Shown: piece by piece, positions 6,842 through 17,139 of the stretch | Layout: each line of letters opens with the position of its first letter | How positions within the stretch are numbered: the stretch's first letter is position 1 | Translations under genes and position numbers: made by a program | Source: an uncultured virus (IMG/VR IMGVR_UViG_3300010344_001225) | Lineage: Duplodnaviria > Heunggongvirae > Uroviricota > Caudoviricetes | Length of the DNA stretch: 20,000 bases | Strand: one strand, 5' to 3' | IMG/VR virus record: IMGVR_UViG_3300010344_001225 | The notes under the pieces: generated by a model | The model's database searches: none | What the model was told of the DNA's origin: nothing | Seen by the model: only the letters and a program-made list of their open reading frames with translations

Positions 6842-8041
6842 TTACACCTTTTCGAAGAATGTATCCGGCTTATTGGGATCAAACTGCTCGTTTGCCCACA
6901 TAACCGTTACAAGGTTCTCAGTATCGGAAAGATTGATAATATTATGCGTATACCCCGGAAGCATATGAACAGCTTCTATCTTATCTCCGCTAACTTCAAA
7001 CTCAAGAACCTCATCAGTTCCGATTTTTCTTTCCTGAATCAATCCATGGCCGGAAACAACAATGAAGAATTCCCATTTACTGTTGTGCCAGTGCTGCCCC
7101 TTTGTGATTCCAGGCTTGCTTATATTCACACTAAACTGACCATGATTAGCGGTTTTCAAAAGTTCCGTAAAAGAGCCTCTGTCATCAACATTCATCTTCA
7201 GAGGAAATGCAACCTTCTCCTTCGGAAGATACGACAGATACATGGAATAAAGTTTTTTCTCAAAGCTGCCATCAGGAATTGACGGCAACACCAGTGTCTG
7301 AGGTTGATCGTGGAATGTGTGTAGGCATTCTACAATATAGCCAAGAGTAGCTTTGTGAGTTATCGGTGCTGCACAATAACGTCCGTTCTCACAGAGCACA
7401 GTTTCCACACCATCAAACTCGCAATGATGTTCTTTGCCTTCCAATGCATCAAACATTTCTTCAATCAGATCATCAATGAACAGCATTTCAAGTTCCACGC
7501 TTGGATCATTAACTGTTATAGATAGGTCATTCGCTATGTTATTGCAGAACGTTCCTACTGCAGAATTGTAGTTTGGTCTTACCCATTTTCCGACAAGATT
7601 CGGAAAACGGTAAACAAGCACTTTGGCCCCAGTTTCTTTTGCATAGTCAAAGAACAACTCTTCTCCGTCCTTCTTACTTCTCCCATACTCGGAGTTACCG
7701 AAACGTCCAGCAAGTGTCGCCTGAATCGAAGAAGAAAGCATTACTGATGCTTTGTTATTGTGCTTCTTCAACGTATCAAGAAGAATTGAAGCAAAGCCGA
7801 AATTCCCCTCTCTGAATTCCTTTGGATCTTGTGGGCGGTTTACACCAGCAAGATTGAACACAAAATCACAGTCGGAACAGAACTCATCCAATTCTTCTTG
7901 TGTGTTATTTCGGTCATATTCATAAATTTTTTCGATAGAAATTTCAGATCTTGTTCTGTTCTTTCCATCTCGTATATTTTTCAAATTTTCAACAAGATTT
8001 TTTCCAACAAAGCCTGCAGATCCTGTTACCAATATATTCAT
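6842..8041 (-). CDS. fnlB: CapF/WbjC/FnlB UDP-2-acetamido-2,6-dideoxy-hexulose 3-epimerase/4-reductase (SDR plus cupin)
   Basis: MNILVTGSAGFVGKNL, YGRSK, YRFPNLVGKWVRPNYNSAV, and C-terminal cupin KGQHWHNSKWE...HMLPGYTH. Start at ATG 8041 behind GGAG. Confidence 0.93.
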   Translation of the reverse strand: MNILVTGSAGFVGKNLVENLKNIRDGKNRTRSEISIEKIYEYDRNNTQEELDEFCSDCDFVFNLAGVNRPQDPKEFREGNFGFASILLDTLKKHNNKASVMLSSSIQATLAGRFGNSEYGRSKKDGEELFFDYAKETGAKVLVYRFPNLVGKWVRPNYNSAVGTFCNNIANDLSITVNDPSVELEMLFIDDLIEEMFDALEGKEHHCEFDGVETVLCENGRYCAAPITHKATLGYIVECLHTFHDQPQTLVLPSIPDGSFEKKLYSMYLSYLPKEKVAFPLKMNVDDRGSFTELLKTANHGQFSVNISKPGITKGQHWHNSKWEFFIVVSGHGLIQERKIGTDEVLEFEVSGDKIEAVHMLPGYTHNIINLSDTENLVTVMWANEQFDPNKPDTFFEKV

Positions 8042-8057
8042 TCTTTTAACTCCATTT

Positions 8058-9864
8058 CTACTTGTGAATCCAAGACAAATCGAGAATTCTGCTATAGTAT
8101 TCTGCACCATCCTGTGTTAGGTGTTCTGTGTCCGCACTGATAAATTTTTGTGTGTCAGTAAAAATAGGAATGCTGCCATTTTTATTTTGAACAGCTGCAA
8201 TCATATCAATATAATGATCTCCATATTTATTTTTTTGAGCTTCATTCTGCTCTAAAAAAGTAAAATACTTTATTTTTGAATCAGTTGTTCTACCAAGAAA
8301 AATGCTACTATCAAAATAATCCGGAGAATGCCGTTTCCTATATATTTGCCCGTTGTTCTCACCAAAGTTCTTTATTCCAACTACCCAGAAGTTATCGTGC
8401 GTTGAGTATTCATTTAAAATGTCTGTTTTTAAAGTAACAGCATCACCTATTGTCGCATAAAATATATAATCACTCTCCTCAAATCGGTGAAACTTGCTTT
8501 CACATAAGTTCAAGGTATATATATAGGATATTTCGAATTTTTCTGAGTCCTTTGACTCGTTTAGAATATTGCACCAATCACGAGCCATACTATCACCAAT
8601 AACTAATATATGCACTTTTTCATCATTAGAAAAATCCCTATCCCACTGATATGGAACATCAACATACTCTGCGTGCATTCCTCTATATGCGGTCTCCTTA
8701 TATACATTCAGCTCTGGTATATCCCGTACCACTCCAGCTTTTAGATATATAAAACCACTAAAGCCACAAATTACGACAACGAAAGAAATACAAATGATAA
8801 AATACCTAATAATATTTTTATTTTTCGAACAAGTAAGTGATACTTTTTCAACCCTATACGCAAGTACTGATAATACTGCAGTAATAAAAACTACAATAAT
8901 AAACACTAAGCCTGATATACTTGATGTGAACAAATATCTAGTAAATGCAATAACCGGTTGATGAACGATATATATACTATAACTTGCTACACCTATTTTT
9001 GATAGTGGTTTGAGCAATTTGATTTCTGGGAGACTTATCTTTTCTATGGATAATAACGTTACGGCAGCTGCCAAAGCAATACCAACTAAATAAACCTCGT
9101 CTGGAATTGCGGTATCTACAATCAGGAATAATAGAAGCAACGCAATCGAAAAAACTAAAAAACAGACGCTCTTTTCTTTTTTTAACTTAGATGCTACCTT
9201 ACAGTCAATTATCAATGCTATTATTGAGCCAAATAGAATTTCAAATAGACGAAAAGGGAAATAATAAAACTTAGTAGCAGAAGAAAAAACAGGCAGAAAA
9301 TACAAGGTGAGCGAAACAATAGTAAGCACTACAACTCCTATGCCCAAATTTTTCTTCGATTTCTTTCCAGTTATTCGAAAGAAGATTGACAAAAACAACT
9401 GCGACTGTAGTAAGACCCCCACAAACCATAAATGCATCAATGGTTTATAGTTGTTCGCAATATTCCAATAGTTCTTTGTCGTAATTGCACCTAAAACATT
9501 GTTAAGAAAAGCATTGGATGCAATTACAGATTCTGCAAGATTTTCATAATCATCTGGCAACATTGCAAAGAATCCTATGGCCATTACAATAAAGGATAAA
9601 ATAATAATCAGTGGCCAAAGTCTAACTATCTTGGCAATTAATTCTTTAAAAAAGTCTCTTGTGCTCTCTTCTCGTCTCTTTAGATATCCCTTCATTAAGA
9701 AATATCCATTAATAACAAAAAATATATCTACACCTAAATAGCCCCGTGTCAAAAGCTCGCAGTGGTATAACACGACAGCAATAATGGCAAGCCCTTTTAA
9801 CGCATCAATATATTGATTACGTACCCCCCCCCATCACTTTAGTAGGCTGAAGTTTTTCGATCAT
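8058..9864 (-). pseudogene. OafA/OatA-like O-acetyltransferase (acyltransferase-3 plus SGNH domain), frameshifted at a G9 tract
   Basis: ATG 9864 (TAATG overlap with fnlC, GGAGG 8 nt upstream) reads MIEKLQPTKVMGGGT-stop. One G fewer gives MGGVRNQYIDALKGLAIIAVVLYH...GVDIFFVING...HLWFVGV...GDS...DTEH (601 aa). Confidence 0.88.
9824..9832 (-). repeat. Poly-G (G9) homopolymer tract, putative contingency locus
   Basis: C9 on the plus strand, in codons 11-14 of the acetyltransferase. Confidence 0.9.
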
Positions 9865-11048
9865 TAATCTTTCCTCCAAACCATCTTGTTAACTACATTC
9901 ACATATCCTTGAATGATACGCACCACTTTCATTGATACATTTTCATCCGTATAGTCAGGACATGGGTTTCCGAGAACACCGTCACACTTCATTCTGATAG
10001 CCATATCGGTTGCCTGTAAAAGCTCTATGGTCGAGATTCCGGCAAGGATAAAATCTCCTGCTTCCATCGCTTCCGGACGCTCTGTTGAGGTACGAATACA
10101 GACCGCCGCAATCGGATGCCCGATAGAAAGATAGAAGCTGCTCTCCTCCGGCAATGTTCCAGAATCAGACACAATCGCAAGTGCGTTCATTTGCAGTTTA
10201 TTGTAGTCATTAAATCCAAGCGGCTCATTGACTTTCACCCTTGGATCAAGTTTGAACCCAGTCGTCTCTAACTTCTTTTTGGAACGAGGATGGCAGGAAT
10301 AAAGAATCGGCATATCGTATTTTTCAGCAAGAGCATTGATTGCCGTAAAGAGCGATTCAAAATTCTTGTCTGTGTCGATGTTTTCTTCCCGATGTGCTGA
10401 AAGCAAAATGTAGTTATTCGGCTTTAATCCGAGTCGATCAAGCACATCGCTTTTTTCAATCTTTTCAAGATTCATCCGCAGTACTTCTGCCATTGGAGAA
10501 CCGGTCACATAGGTGCGCTCCTTCGGCATACCAAGCTCATGCAAATACTTTCTTGCCGGTTCAGAATACGGTAGATTGACATCGGAAATCACATCGACAA
10601 TACGGCGATTCGTTTCTTCCGGCAAACATTCATCCTTACAACGGTTGCCGGCTTCCATATGGAACAGCGGAATATGCAAACGCTTGGCTGAAATGGCAGA
10701 AAGACAGGAATTCGTATCACCGAGAACAAGGTATGCATCCGGCTTTAGCTCGGTAAGAATCTCATAGCTTCTGCCGAGAATATTCCCACAAGTCACGCCG
10801 AGATTATCACCAACTACAGGAATCAGCAAGTCTGGGCCAAATTCTTCTGCATTATTTTTCAGCTCAAAATCCTCCCAAAATACTGTTGATAACTGCTTGT
10901 CCCAGTTCTGGTTATAATAAATTACGCAGCAATCAAAATATTCTCTACAACGCTTGATCACCGCTGCAAGACGGATGATCTCTGGTCTTGTCCCGAGACC
11001 GATGCAGATTTTGATTTTACCGTTGTTCTGCCATTTGAAATCGTACAT
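9864..11048 (-). CDS. fnlC: Non-hydrolysing UDP-N-acetyl-sugar 2-epimerase (CapG/WbjD/FnlC, WecB family)
   Basis: GTRPEIIRL, LGDTNS, HMEAGNRC, PEETNR, HREEN, SDSGTLPEES and TERPE motifs; context with fnlA and fnlB. Confidence 0.93.
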   Translation of the reverse strand: MYDFKWQNNGKIKICIGLGTRPEIIRLAAVIKRCREYFDCCVIYYNQNWDKQLSTVFWEDFELKNNAEEFGPDLLIPVVGDNLGVTCGNILGRSYEILTELKPDAYLVLGDTNSCLSAISAKRLHIPLFHMEAGNRCKDECLPEETNRRIVDVISDVNLPYSEPARKYLHELGMPKERTYVTGSPMAEVLRMNLEKIEKSDVLDRLGLKPNNYILLSAHREENIDTDKNFESLFTAINALAEKYDMPILYSCHPRSKKKLETTGFKLDPRVKVNEPLGFNDYNKLQMNALAIVSDSGTLPEESSFYLSIGHPIAAVCIRTSTERPEAMEAGDFILAGISTIELLQATDMAIRMKCDGVLGNPCPDYTDENVSMKVVRIIQGYVNVVNKMVWRKD

Positions 11049-11072
11049 AACTGTTCCTTCCCAACCTCTTAC

Positions 11073-12107
11073 TTACTTTTCAGCAAGTCTTTCTTTAATA
11101 TAAGCCAATTTTGCAATCGTCGCTTTTGTTTCTTCCAGGTTCAATCTTCTCGTGTTGTTACTGTTGAATTCCGTGAGAGTGTTGCGTTGTTCATCACCCT
11201 CTTTGAAATACTTATCATAGTTCAATCCACGGTTGTCCGCAGGTACACGGTAAAAATCACCCATGTCAATTGCTTTTGAGCATTCTTCGTTTGTAAGAAG
11301 CGTTTCGTACATTTTTTCCCCGTGTCGAATGCCAATAACTTTGATGTCCTCTTTCTTTCCCCCAAATAATTCACATACAGCTTCCGCCTGAGTTTGAATC
11401 GTGCAAGCTGGAGCCTTCATAATGAGCAGATCACCGTTTTCACCATGTTCAAATGCGAATAAAACAAGATCTACAGCTTCTTCCAACGACATAATAAAGC
11501 GTGTCATAGACGGTTCGGTAACAGTAATCGGATTTCCTGCTTTAATCTGATCAATCCAAAGTGGAATAACGGAGCCACGGGAACACATTACATTACCATA
11601 TCGTGTACAGCAGATCTTTGTCTTCCCAGATGTTCTACTCTTAGCTATAGCTACGCTTTCCTCTAGCGACTTAGATTTACCCATCGCATTTATAGGATAT
11701 GCAGCCTTATCAGTAGAAAGGCAGATTACAGATTCCACCCCAGCTTCAATAGCAGCTGTCAGTACGTTGTCTGTTCCGATAATATTTGTTTTTACTGCTT
11801 CCATAGGGAAGAATTCGCAGGAAGGTACCTGCTTAAGTGCCGCAGCATGAAAGATGTAGTCCACACCGTGCATGGCAGAACGGCAAGACTCTAAGGATCG
11901 AACATCTCCTATGTAGAATTTTATTTTTTCTGCATACTGCGGATACTTTGCTTGGTATTCATGACGCATATCGTCCTGCTTTTTCTCATCACGTGAGAAA
12001 ATGCGGATTTCTCCGATGTCAGTGGTGAGGAAACGGTTAAGAACGGCATTTCCGAATGAACCCGTGCCCCCAGTTATCATTAACGTTTTGTTTGTAAACA
12101 ACGACAT
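11073..12107 (-). CDS. fnlA: CapE/WbjB/FnlA UDP-GlcNAc 4,6-dehydratase/5-epimerase
   Basis: ITGGTGSFG, FSRDEKKQDDMR, HAAALKQVPSCEFFP, STDKAAYPINAMG, TRYGNVMCSRGSVIP and GIRHGEK motifs. Confidence 0.95.
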   Translation of the reverse strand: MSLFTNKTLMITGGTGSFGNAVLNRFLTTDIGEIRIFSRDEKKQDDMRHEYQAKYPQYAEKIKFYIGDVRSLESCRSAMHGVDYIFHAAALKQVPSCEFFPMEAVKTNIIGTDNVLTAAIEAGVESVICLSTDKAAYPINAMGKSKSLEESVAIAKSRTSGKTKICCTRYGNVMCSRGSVIPLWIDQIKAGNPITVTEPSMTRFIMSLEEAVDLVLFAFEHGENGDLLIMKAPACTIQTQAEAVCELFGGKKEDIKVIGIRHGEKMYETLLTNEECSKAIDMGDFYRVPADNRGLNYDKYFKEGDEQRNTLTEFNSNNTRRLNLEETKATIAKLAYIKERLAEK

Positions 12108-12128
12108 ATTTGTCCTCCTGCATATTAT

Positions 12129-12980
12129 TTAGTCAACCCAAAAGGCATCAAAAGAATGATGTGTTATCTGCTTATCTATAGGCGGGGGTGTCATATAATC
12201 TCCATAAAAATGAGTCAATATTTTGTCATATTCCTTTGGAGCATAATACATCTTCCCTTCAAATTCCATTTCTACTATTTCCTTATACCATACTGATTCT
12301 ACAATCTCTTTTACTCCATAAATTGAGGTAGCCGCAGCACCTGAATACGTTGAGTCTTTAATCGCTGAATAGCTTTGTGCAACCTTGTTAATCTTTACTA
12401 ATTGTTTTCTTCGATCAATAAATTTCAGAATAAACATTCCACAATTATAGACAACTCGTTTAATAAAGCTTCGATCATCTCTTTTTTCGATTGACATCAG
12501 CATGATTGGTCTATACAGTCTTTGAATTCTATCAATTGTCTTTTTTGCAGTATTATAGTCATTTGACAGCGTGTCAACAGGGAAAACATCAACGTAAACA
12601 CCAATATCAATCGGATTATATATTCGTTCTCTTAGAATTGTTTTTTTATAGTAGACCTTTGCGGCAAGCATATAATAGTCTTCATCGTTTTCAACAGAAA
12701 CAACCGTATAATCATCCGCTCTATTGGTGTTGAATGTTCTAATGAATTTATTATAGTTCTCACGTGTCATAACTATGTCCACATCGTCATCCCAGGGTAT
12801 AAATCCCTTATGTCTCACTGCACCTAACAGCGTTCCATAAGCAAGACAATATTCAATTCCATTGTCAACACAAAAAGAATGTATTTTGTTCAAGATATCT
12901 AACATTACCTTTTTCTGTTCTTTTTCAGTAACTCTTCTAAGCCCCGATAAATCTTTTAGGTTATTTTTGGAGTTGTTCAT
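12129..12980 (-). CDS. licD: LicD family phosphotransferase (adds phosphocholine or polyol-phosphate to glycan)
   Basis: YGTLLGAVRHKGFIPWDDDVDI, VDVFPVD and FEG...YGDYMTPPP motifs. Confidence 0.93.
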   Translation of the reverse strand: MNNSKNNLKDLSGLRRVTEKEQKKVMLDILNKIHSFCVDNGIEYCLAYGTLLGAVRHKGFIPWDDDVDIVMTRENYNKFIRTFNTNRADDYTVVSVENDEDYYMLAAKVYYKKTILRERIYNPIDIGVYVDVFPVDTLSNDYNTAKKTIDRIQRLYRPIMLMSIEKRDDRSFIKRVVYNCGMFILKFIDRRKQLVKINKVAQSYSAIKDSTYSGAAATSIYGVKEIVESVWYKEIVEMEFEGKMYYAPKEYDKILTHFYGDYMTPPPIDKQITHHSFDAFWVD

Positions 12981-12996
12981 ACTTCATCCCCCTTAA

Positions 12997-14259
12997 TTAT
13001 TTGCTAATAAACAACTTATATTTTCTACAGTAATATAACCTTATCGCTAACAATAAAAGTTCAGTTGAACTTCTCAAAATTGCGATGTACTCAATTGTAA
13101 ACTTTCCTATTGCATATAAAAACGCAATGCCTGCAATATGATATATTGCGGTAATTACTGTAGACTTGGTGACATCCTTTGTATGTCCGAATGTACCAAG
13201 CAAAGGAAAACCAACAACCATGGCGGGGAAAGAAAAGAGCAACACAGGTACAAGCAATTGAAATGTTGTAGTGCCGCCCAGATATTCCGAACCACACATT
13301 ATAGTTATTATTAAATTCGCCCCAAAAAGACAGATGATACAGCCAATTACAATAATCGGCATAAAAATTATCAACAATTTCCTGACTAATTTTACGTCCC
13401 TCTTACCGACCATATGCGGGAACAAACTATTTGTTATTGGAGAATATAATGATTGTACAGTTGTAATCAAATTATAACTTGTTCCCCAATAGGATATCTG
13501 AACCGGATTTAAAGAAAACCCCATCACTATTGTTGTGAAAGCCCCAAATGCCGTTGTTGCAATGTTTGATACAAAATATACAGTGCTTTTCTTAATTTGA
13601 ATAAGCGCATTTTTCACTGAAGGTAAAACGAAATGAAGGTTCAGCTTTTTGTATATATGAATCCATGTAATAATCACGGCAACCAGGCTTCCCGTTGCAT
13701 TTAGAATAGGAACCCAGAAAAGATCGGAACTACTCTTGACAAACACAAAGACCATACATGTGGATACAAACTTTGAAGCCACAAATCTGTACGTCAATAC
13801 TTCCATTTTTTCCAATCCGCGAAACAGAAAATCAGCTGTAAAAATCGAAAAGAAAACAGTACCCATGTATAAATAACTGATGCCCGGATAACATCTTAAA
13901 ATCGGTTGAAAAGGAATCAGTATACTTAAAGCCGCAATCGAAACAATAAATAGAATTAGTTTCGCCAACACCGTATCGCTGAAAATTTTTTGAATGATAC
14001 CGCTGTTATCTCTGTTTTTAGCTATTTGTTCTGTAGAAGACAGAATAAAGCCAAAATCTACAAACAGCTGAAAATATGTGACCACAGATGTCATATAAGT
14101 ATGAACACCATAGGACTCAGTAGCAAGAACCCTTGTTAAATACGGAAATGTTATCAATGGGAATACATATTGTGCAACAACCATTAAATATTGCATTATT
14201 GTATTCTTTATAAAAACTTTTGATTTATTATACTCTTGATTCTCCATCATTTTTCTCAC
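12997..14259 (-). CDS. wzx: Wzx oligosaccharide flippase
   Basis: FPLITFPYLTRVL..YG and DFGF motifs, many TM segments. The true start may be ATG 14250. Confidence 0.9.
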   Translation of the reverse strand: MRKMMENQEYNKSKVFIKNTIMQYLMVVAQYVFPLITFPYLTRVLATESYGVHTYMTSVVTYFQLFVDFGFILSSTEQIAKNRDNSGIIQKIFSDTVLAKLILFIVSIAALSILIPFQPILRCYPGISYLYMGTVFFSIFTADFLFRGLEKMEVLTYRFVASKFVSTCMVFVFVKSSSDLFWVPILNATGSLVAVIITWIHIYKKLNLHFVLPSVKNALIQIKKSTVYFVSNIATTAFGAFTTIVMGFSLNPVQISYWGTSYNLITTVQSLYSPITNSLFPHMVGKRDVKLVRKLLIIFMPIIVIGCIICLFGANLIITIMCGSEYLGGTTTFQLLVPVLLFSFPAMVVGFPLLGTFGHTKDVTKSTVITAIYHIAGIAFLYAIGKFTIEYIAILRSSTELLLLAIRLYYCRKYKLFISK

Positions 14260-15472
14260 TTGCTTTAATTGTTTTTTGCGTATAAATGGATCTATACAAG
14301 TCTATGTATTCTTGAAATCTATCATTCATGTTGTACTTTTGAGCTCTATTCACACATTTATCCTTTTCAAAAGGTTTGTCTCTACATATTCTGACTATTT
14401 CACCTTCTAATGCATCAATGTCATCACATTCAACAACTGCCCCACATGTATCATCATAGCATTCTGGACTCCCCCCAGTCCGAAAAGTCACACCGGGAGT
14501 GCCGCAAGCCAATGCTTCTATATTTACTAACCCAAACATTTCTTCTCTTGTTGGATTTACAAATAAATCGGCAGACGTATAAATGGCAGCAAGTTCCTTT
14601 TGATTATTTGTTCGATGAATTGAAAGAATACTCTTAGGCAAACAACTATCGATATCATCATCAGTTCCAACTAGAACAATCTGATAGTATGTTATATCGA
14701 GCCTTTTTGCCAATTCGACAAATACATCTAACCCTTTTCTCTTTCCCCAACCGAATGCGACGCCAAGGATAACATATTTGTTCTCAAGACCATATTTCAC
14801 TTTAAAATCCGATTTGGTAGGCTTGAAAATATCCAAATCTATTCCATTGCTGATAATAACAGCCGGATGTTTGTACAAAAACGATTTCTGCACTTCCATT
14901 GATAACCATGACGATGGTGTTACCAATACTAAATTATCCATATCAGCATACAAAGATTTTTTTCTTTCCCAATTTTTAGCTGATTGTTCTTTGCTAATTA
15001 CAGAAAGATATTGTTTACAACCTTTGCATCCAGTAACCCATCTATCGCACTTTGCCATGTCATAATATGGACAATTTCCTGTAAAAGGCCAACAATCGTG
15101 CAAAGTCCAAACTGTTTTTATCCTAGCAGATTTCAAAAATCTAAATAACATTGGAACATTAATGAACGTATCATGAATGTTATGAATATGAACAATATCT
15201 GGTCTTTCTTTTTTCAAATATTGGATAAACTTATAAGTATGTAACTTTGAATATGATCCTCGATTTTGTGTATATTTTGAAATCCTATTGTGAAGATGGC
15301 AATCAAGCCATGAACTAATGCAATATGTATGGTTCTCTTTCTTTTTACCTGTTGAATAGCTGTAAGCCACAACGTTATCTATTCCATGAGCTAAGGATAA
15401 TTGTTGTATCTGATAGGCAATATTACCAGTGCTTCCTTTTTTATAAACTGAATTAATTTGAATTACTTTCAC
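14228..15472 (-). CDS. GT4 (GT-B) glycosyltransferase, WcaC-like
   Basis: GSTG, HIHNIH, WTLHDCWPFTG, NGID, EEMFGLVNIEALACGTP; normal C-terminal helix RAQKYNMNDRFQEYIDLY. Confidence 0.93.
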   Translation of the reverse strand: MKVIQINSVYKKGSTGNIAYQIQQLSLAHGIDNVVAYSYSTGKKKENHTYCISSWLDCHLHNRISKYTQNRGSYSKLHTYKFIQYLKKERPDIVHIHNIHDTFINVPMLFRFLKSARIKTVWTLHDCWPFTGNCPYYDMAKCDRWVTGCKGCKQYLSVISKEQSAKNWERKKSLYADMDNLVLVTPSSWLSMEVQKSFLYKHPAVIISNGIDLDIFKPTKSDFKVKYGLENKYVILGVAFGWGKRKGLDVFVELAKRLDITYYQIVLVGTDDDIDSCLPKSILSIHRTNNQKELAAIYTSADLFVNPTREEMFGLVNIEALACGTPGVTFRTGGSPECYDDTCGAVVECDDIDALEGEIVRICRDKPFEKDKCVNRAQKYNMNDRFQEYIDLYRSIYTQKTIKASEKNDGESRV

Positions 15473-16772
15473 CTAAAAATCTCCCCTTTTCTGAATCTAC
15501 TCTATTTGTCAGAAGTATAAGAAATAGTATTCCAATCCAATAAGACGATAATGCAAATTGGAATCGAATAAATGAAAAACAAAGACCATACAGCAAGAAG
15601 AGGAGCACTAATTTACAACGCAGATTTTCAGGATCTGTTATACTCTTTTTATACAATGTGCCGCATACAAATCCGTATATCGACATCTCAATAATAATCG
15701 CAATAATTCCCCCATCTAGGTAGCAATTATAGAACATAGTCGTATATGCATTAAAGGTCATTCGAGGTCCGATGTAAATGCTTGCGAGGGTATTCGTATA
15801 GCATGTGTCTGATAATGTCATAATCGTCGGATATGTCATGATGCCAAAATTCTCAAGCATGGTAAAAATAAATTCAAAAAGTCCGTGAAATCCACCCATT
15901 CCATATAAGCAAATATTTGCAGATTGAATTTGGTCTATCCTATAATCCAAATGGGGTATACACCCGCAAAGATAAACGTATATTTGTCTCAAAACTATAC
16001 TATTAGAATTGGCACCTCTCACTTTTGTAATAACTATATAAGCGACAATAGCAACAAGGAAAATACCGCCAACAATTCTCTTATATTTTCTTTTCTTCGC
16101 TATTCTCAATATATCCCCTTTATCATTTTGTGTTTCCATTTTGTATGTGAGAAATAATAAAGTTGCAAAATATAAAATGATACCTCTTCCTGCGTTCATT
16201 ATAACAGTCAACGAAATAAAAACGATAGTTAAAAAAAGATTCCTTTTTTTTTCTCGATTGTCAATGTCATCAAATAAAGAAAATACTGAGATTGGAAGGC
16301 ATGAAAGTGTAAATGGTTGAACAACATAATTATATAGTAAATTAAGTAAATGGTTATCGTAGTATACCCCAAAATTGTCTCGTATCATTACAAAATCAAG
16401 TTCTGAATTTGCTATACTCTGAAGATTGTTAATTGCGGGAAAAATCGACATCATTATAGCAACAATAAGCAATAACGTATACGCTTTATAATTAATGATA
16501 TATCGGCAAAAAGTTTTTTCACTATCTCTAGTCCATTTGAGTTTTATTCGGCTAGCAATGAGTGCCCAAAAGCAAAAAGCCAAAACTCCAACCAGAATTA
16601 TTAAATATGTGCGTTCTTTACTTGAATACATTTCATAAAGATGAAAAGATTCAAAAAACAGAATGACACCATATAAAATGCATATCAAAAAAACTGGATG
16701 GTATACTTTTTTGGCAGAACAGTAAACCAGTAATGCCACAACAAGCAGAAAAATTGAAACAAACAACCCCAT
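15453..16772 (-). CDS. wzy: Wzy polysaccharide polymerase
   Basis: About 11 TM segments; GRG, YVYLCG and NAYT...YLDGG motifs. RBS GGAGG. Located among glycosyltransferase genes. Confidence 0.85.
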   Translation of the reverse strand: MGLFVSIFLLVVALLVYCSAKKVYHPVFLICILYGVILFFESFHLYEMYSSKERTYLIILVGVLAFCFWALIASRIKLKWTRDSEKTFCRYIINYKAYTLLLIVAIMMSIFPAINNLQSIANSELDFVMIRDNFGVYYDNHLLNLLYNYVVQPFTLSCLPISVFSLFDDIDNREKKRNLFLTIVFISLTVIMNAGRGIILYFATLLFLTYKMETQNDKGDILRIAKKRKYKRIVGGIFLVAIVAYIVITKVRGANSNSIVLRQIYVYLCGCIPHLDYRIDQIQSANICLYGMGGFHGLFEFIFTMLENFGIMTYPTIMTLSDTCYTNTLASIYIGPRMTFNAYTTMFYNCYLDGGIIAIIIEMSIYGFVCGTLYKKSITDPENLRCKLVLLFLLYGLCFSFIRFQFALSSYWIGILFLILLTNRVDSEKGRFLGESNSN

Positions 16773-17139
16773 ATTTTTACCTCCAAGTACCTTTCTTATG
16801 CAGACGCATCATCGTTTTTTCTCCGTTTCCGCTTTTGTAACAAAATCTTCACCAGCTTCTTGATTACCGCAATTCAGTTACCAACTTTTCACGAATGCAC
16901 AATAAATTCTCTATTTTATCTCGATCTATGATGATCATATGAAAACTCGAAACAGTAAACATACCAATCATATCCCCTTTGGAATGCCTTTATTAGAAAA
17001 GATTGCATAGAGTAAATGGTAGACCGAATGCGCAAAAAATCCCGTCTTACAAGATATGATATAACCTATATTATATTTGCATATTCTTTGGAAATTAGTT
17101 TACTGAATCTCTATAAACTCATTTTTCAAGTTGAGCAGT

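Noticed and set aside
8042..8110. N-terminal extension of fnlB
   Set aside because: It overlaps the acetyltransferase; the family starts at MNILVTG, with an RBS at 8041.
8058..9773. Intact 571-aa acetyltransferase starting at GTG 9773
   Set aside because: No RBS, and it would omit the conserved R-xxx-ID-x-LKG segment and part of TM1; the real start is 9864 across the G-tract.
2019..13297. Short alternative-frame minus ORFs (2019-2213, 6242-6472, 13091-13297)
   Set aside because: Nested within longer supported genes, with no independent evidence.
16244..16252. A9 tract in wzy as a phase-variation site
   Set aside because: In frame and expected in an AT-rich, Lys-rich loop.
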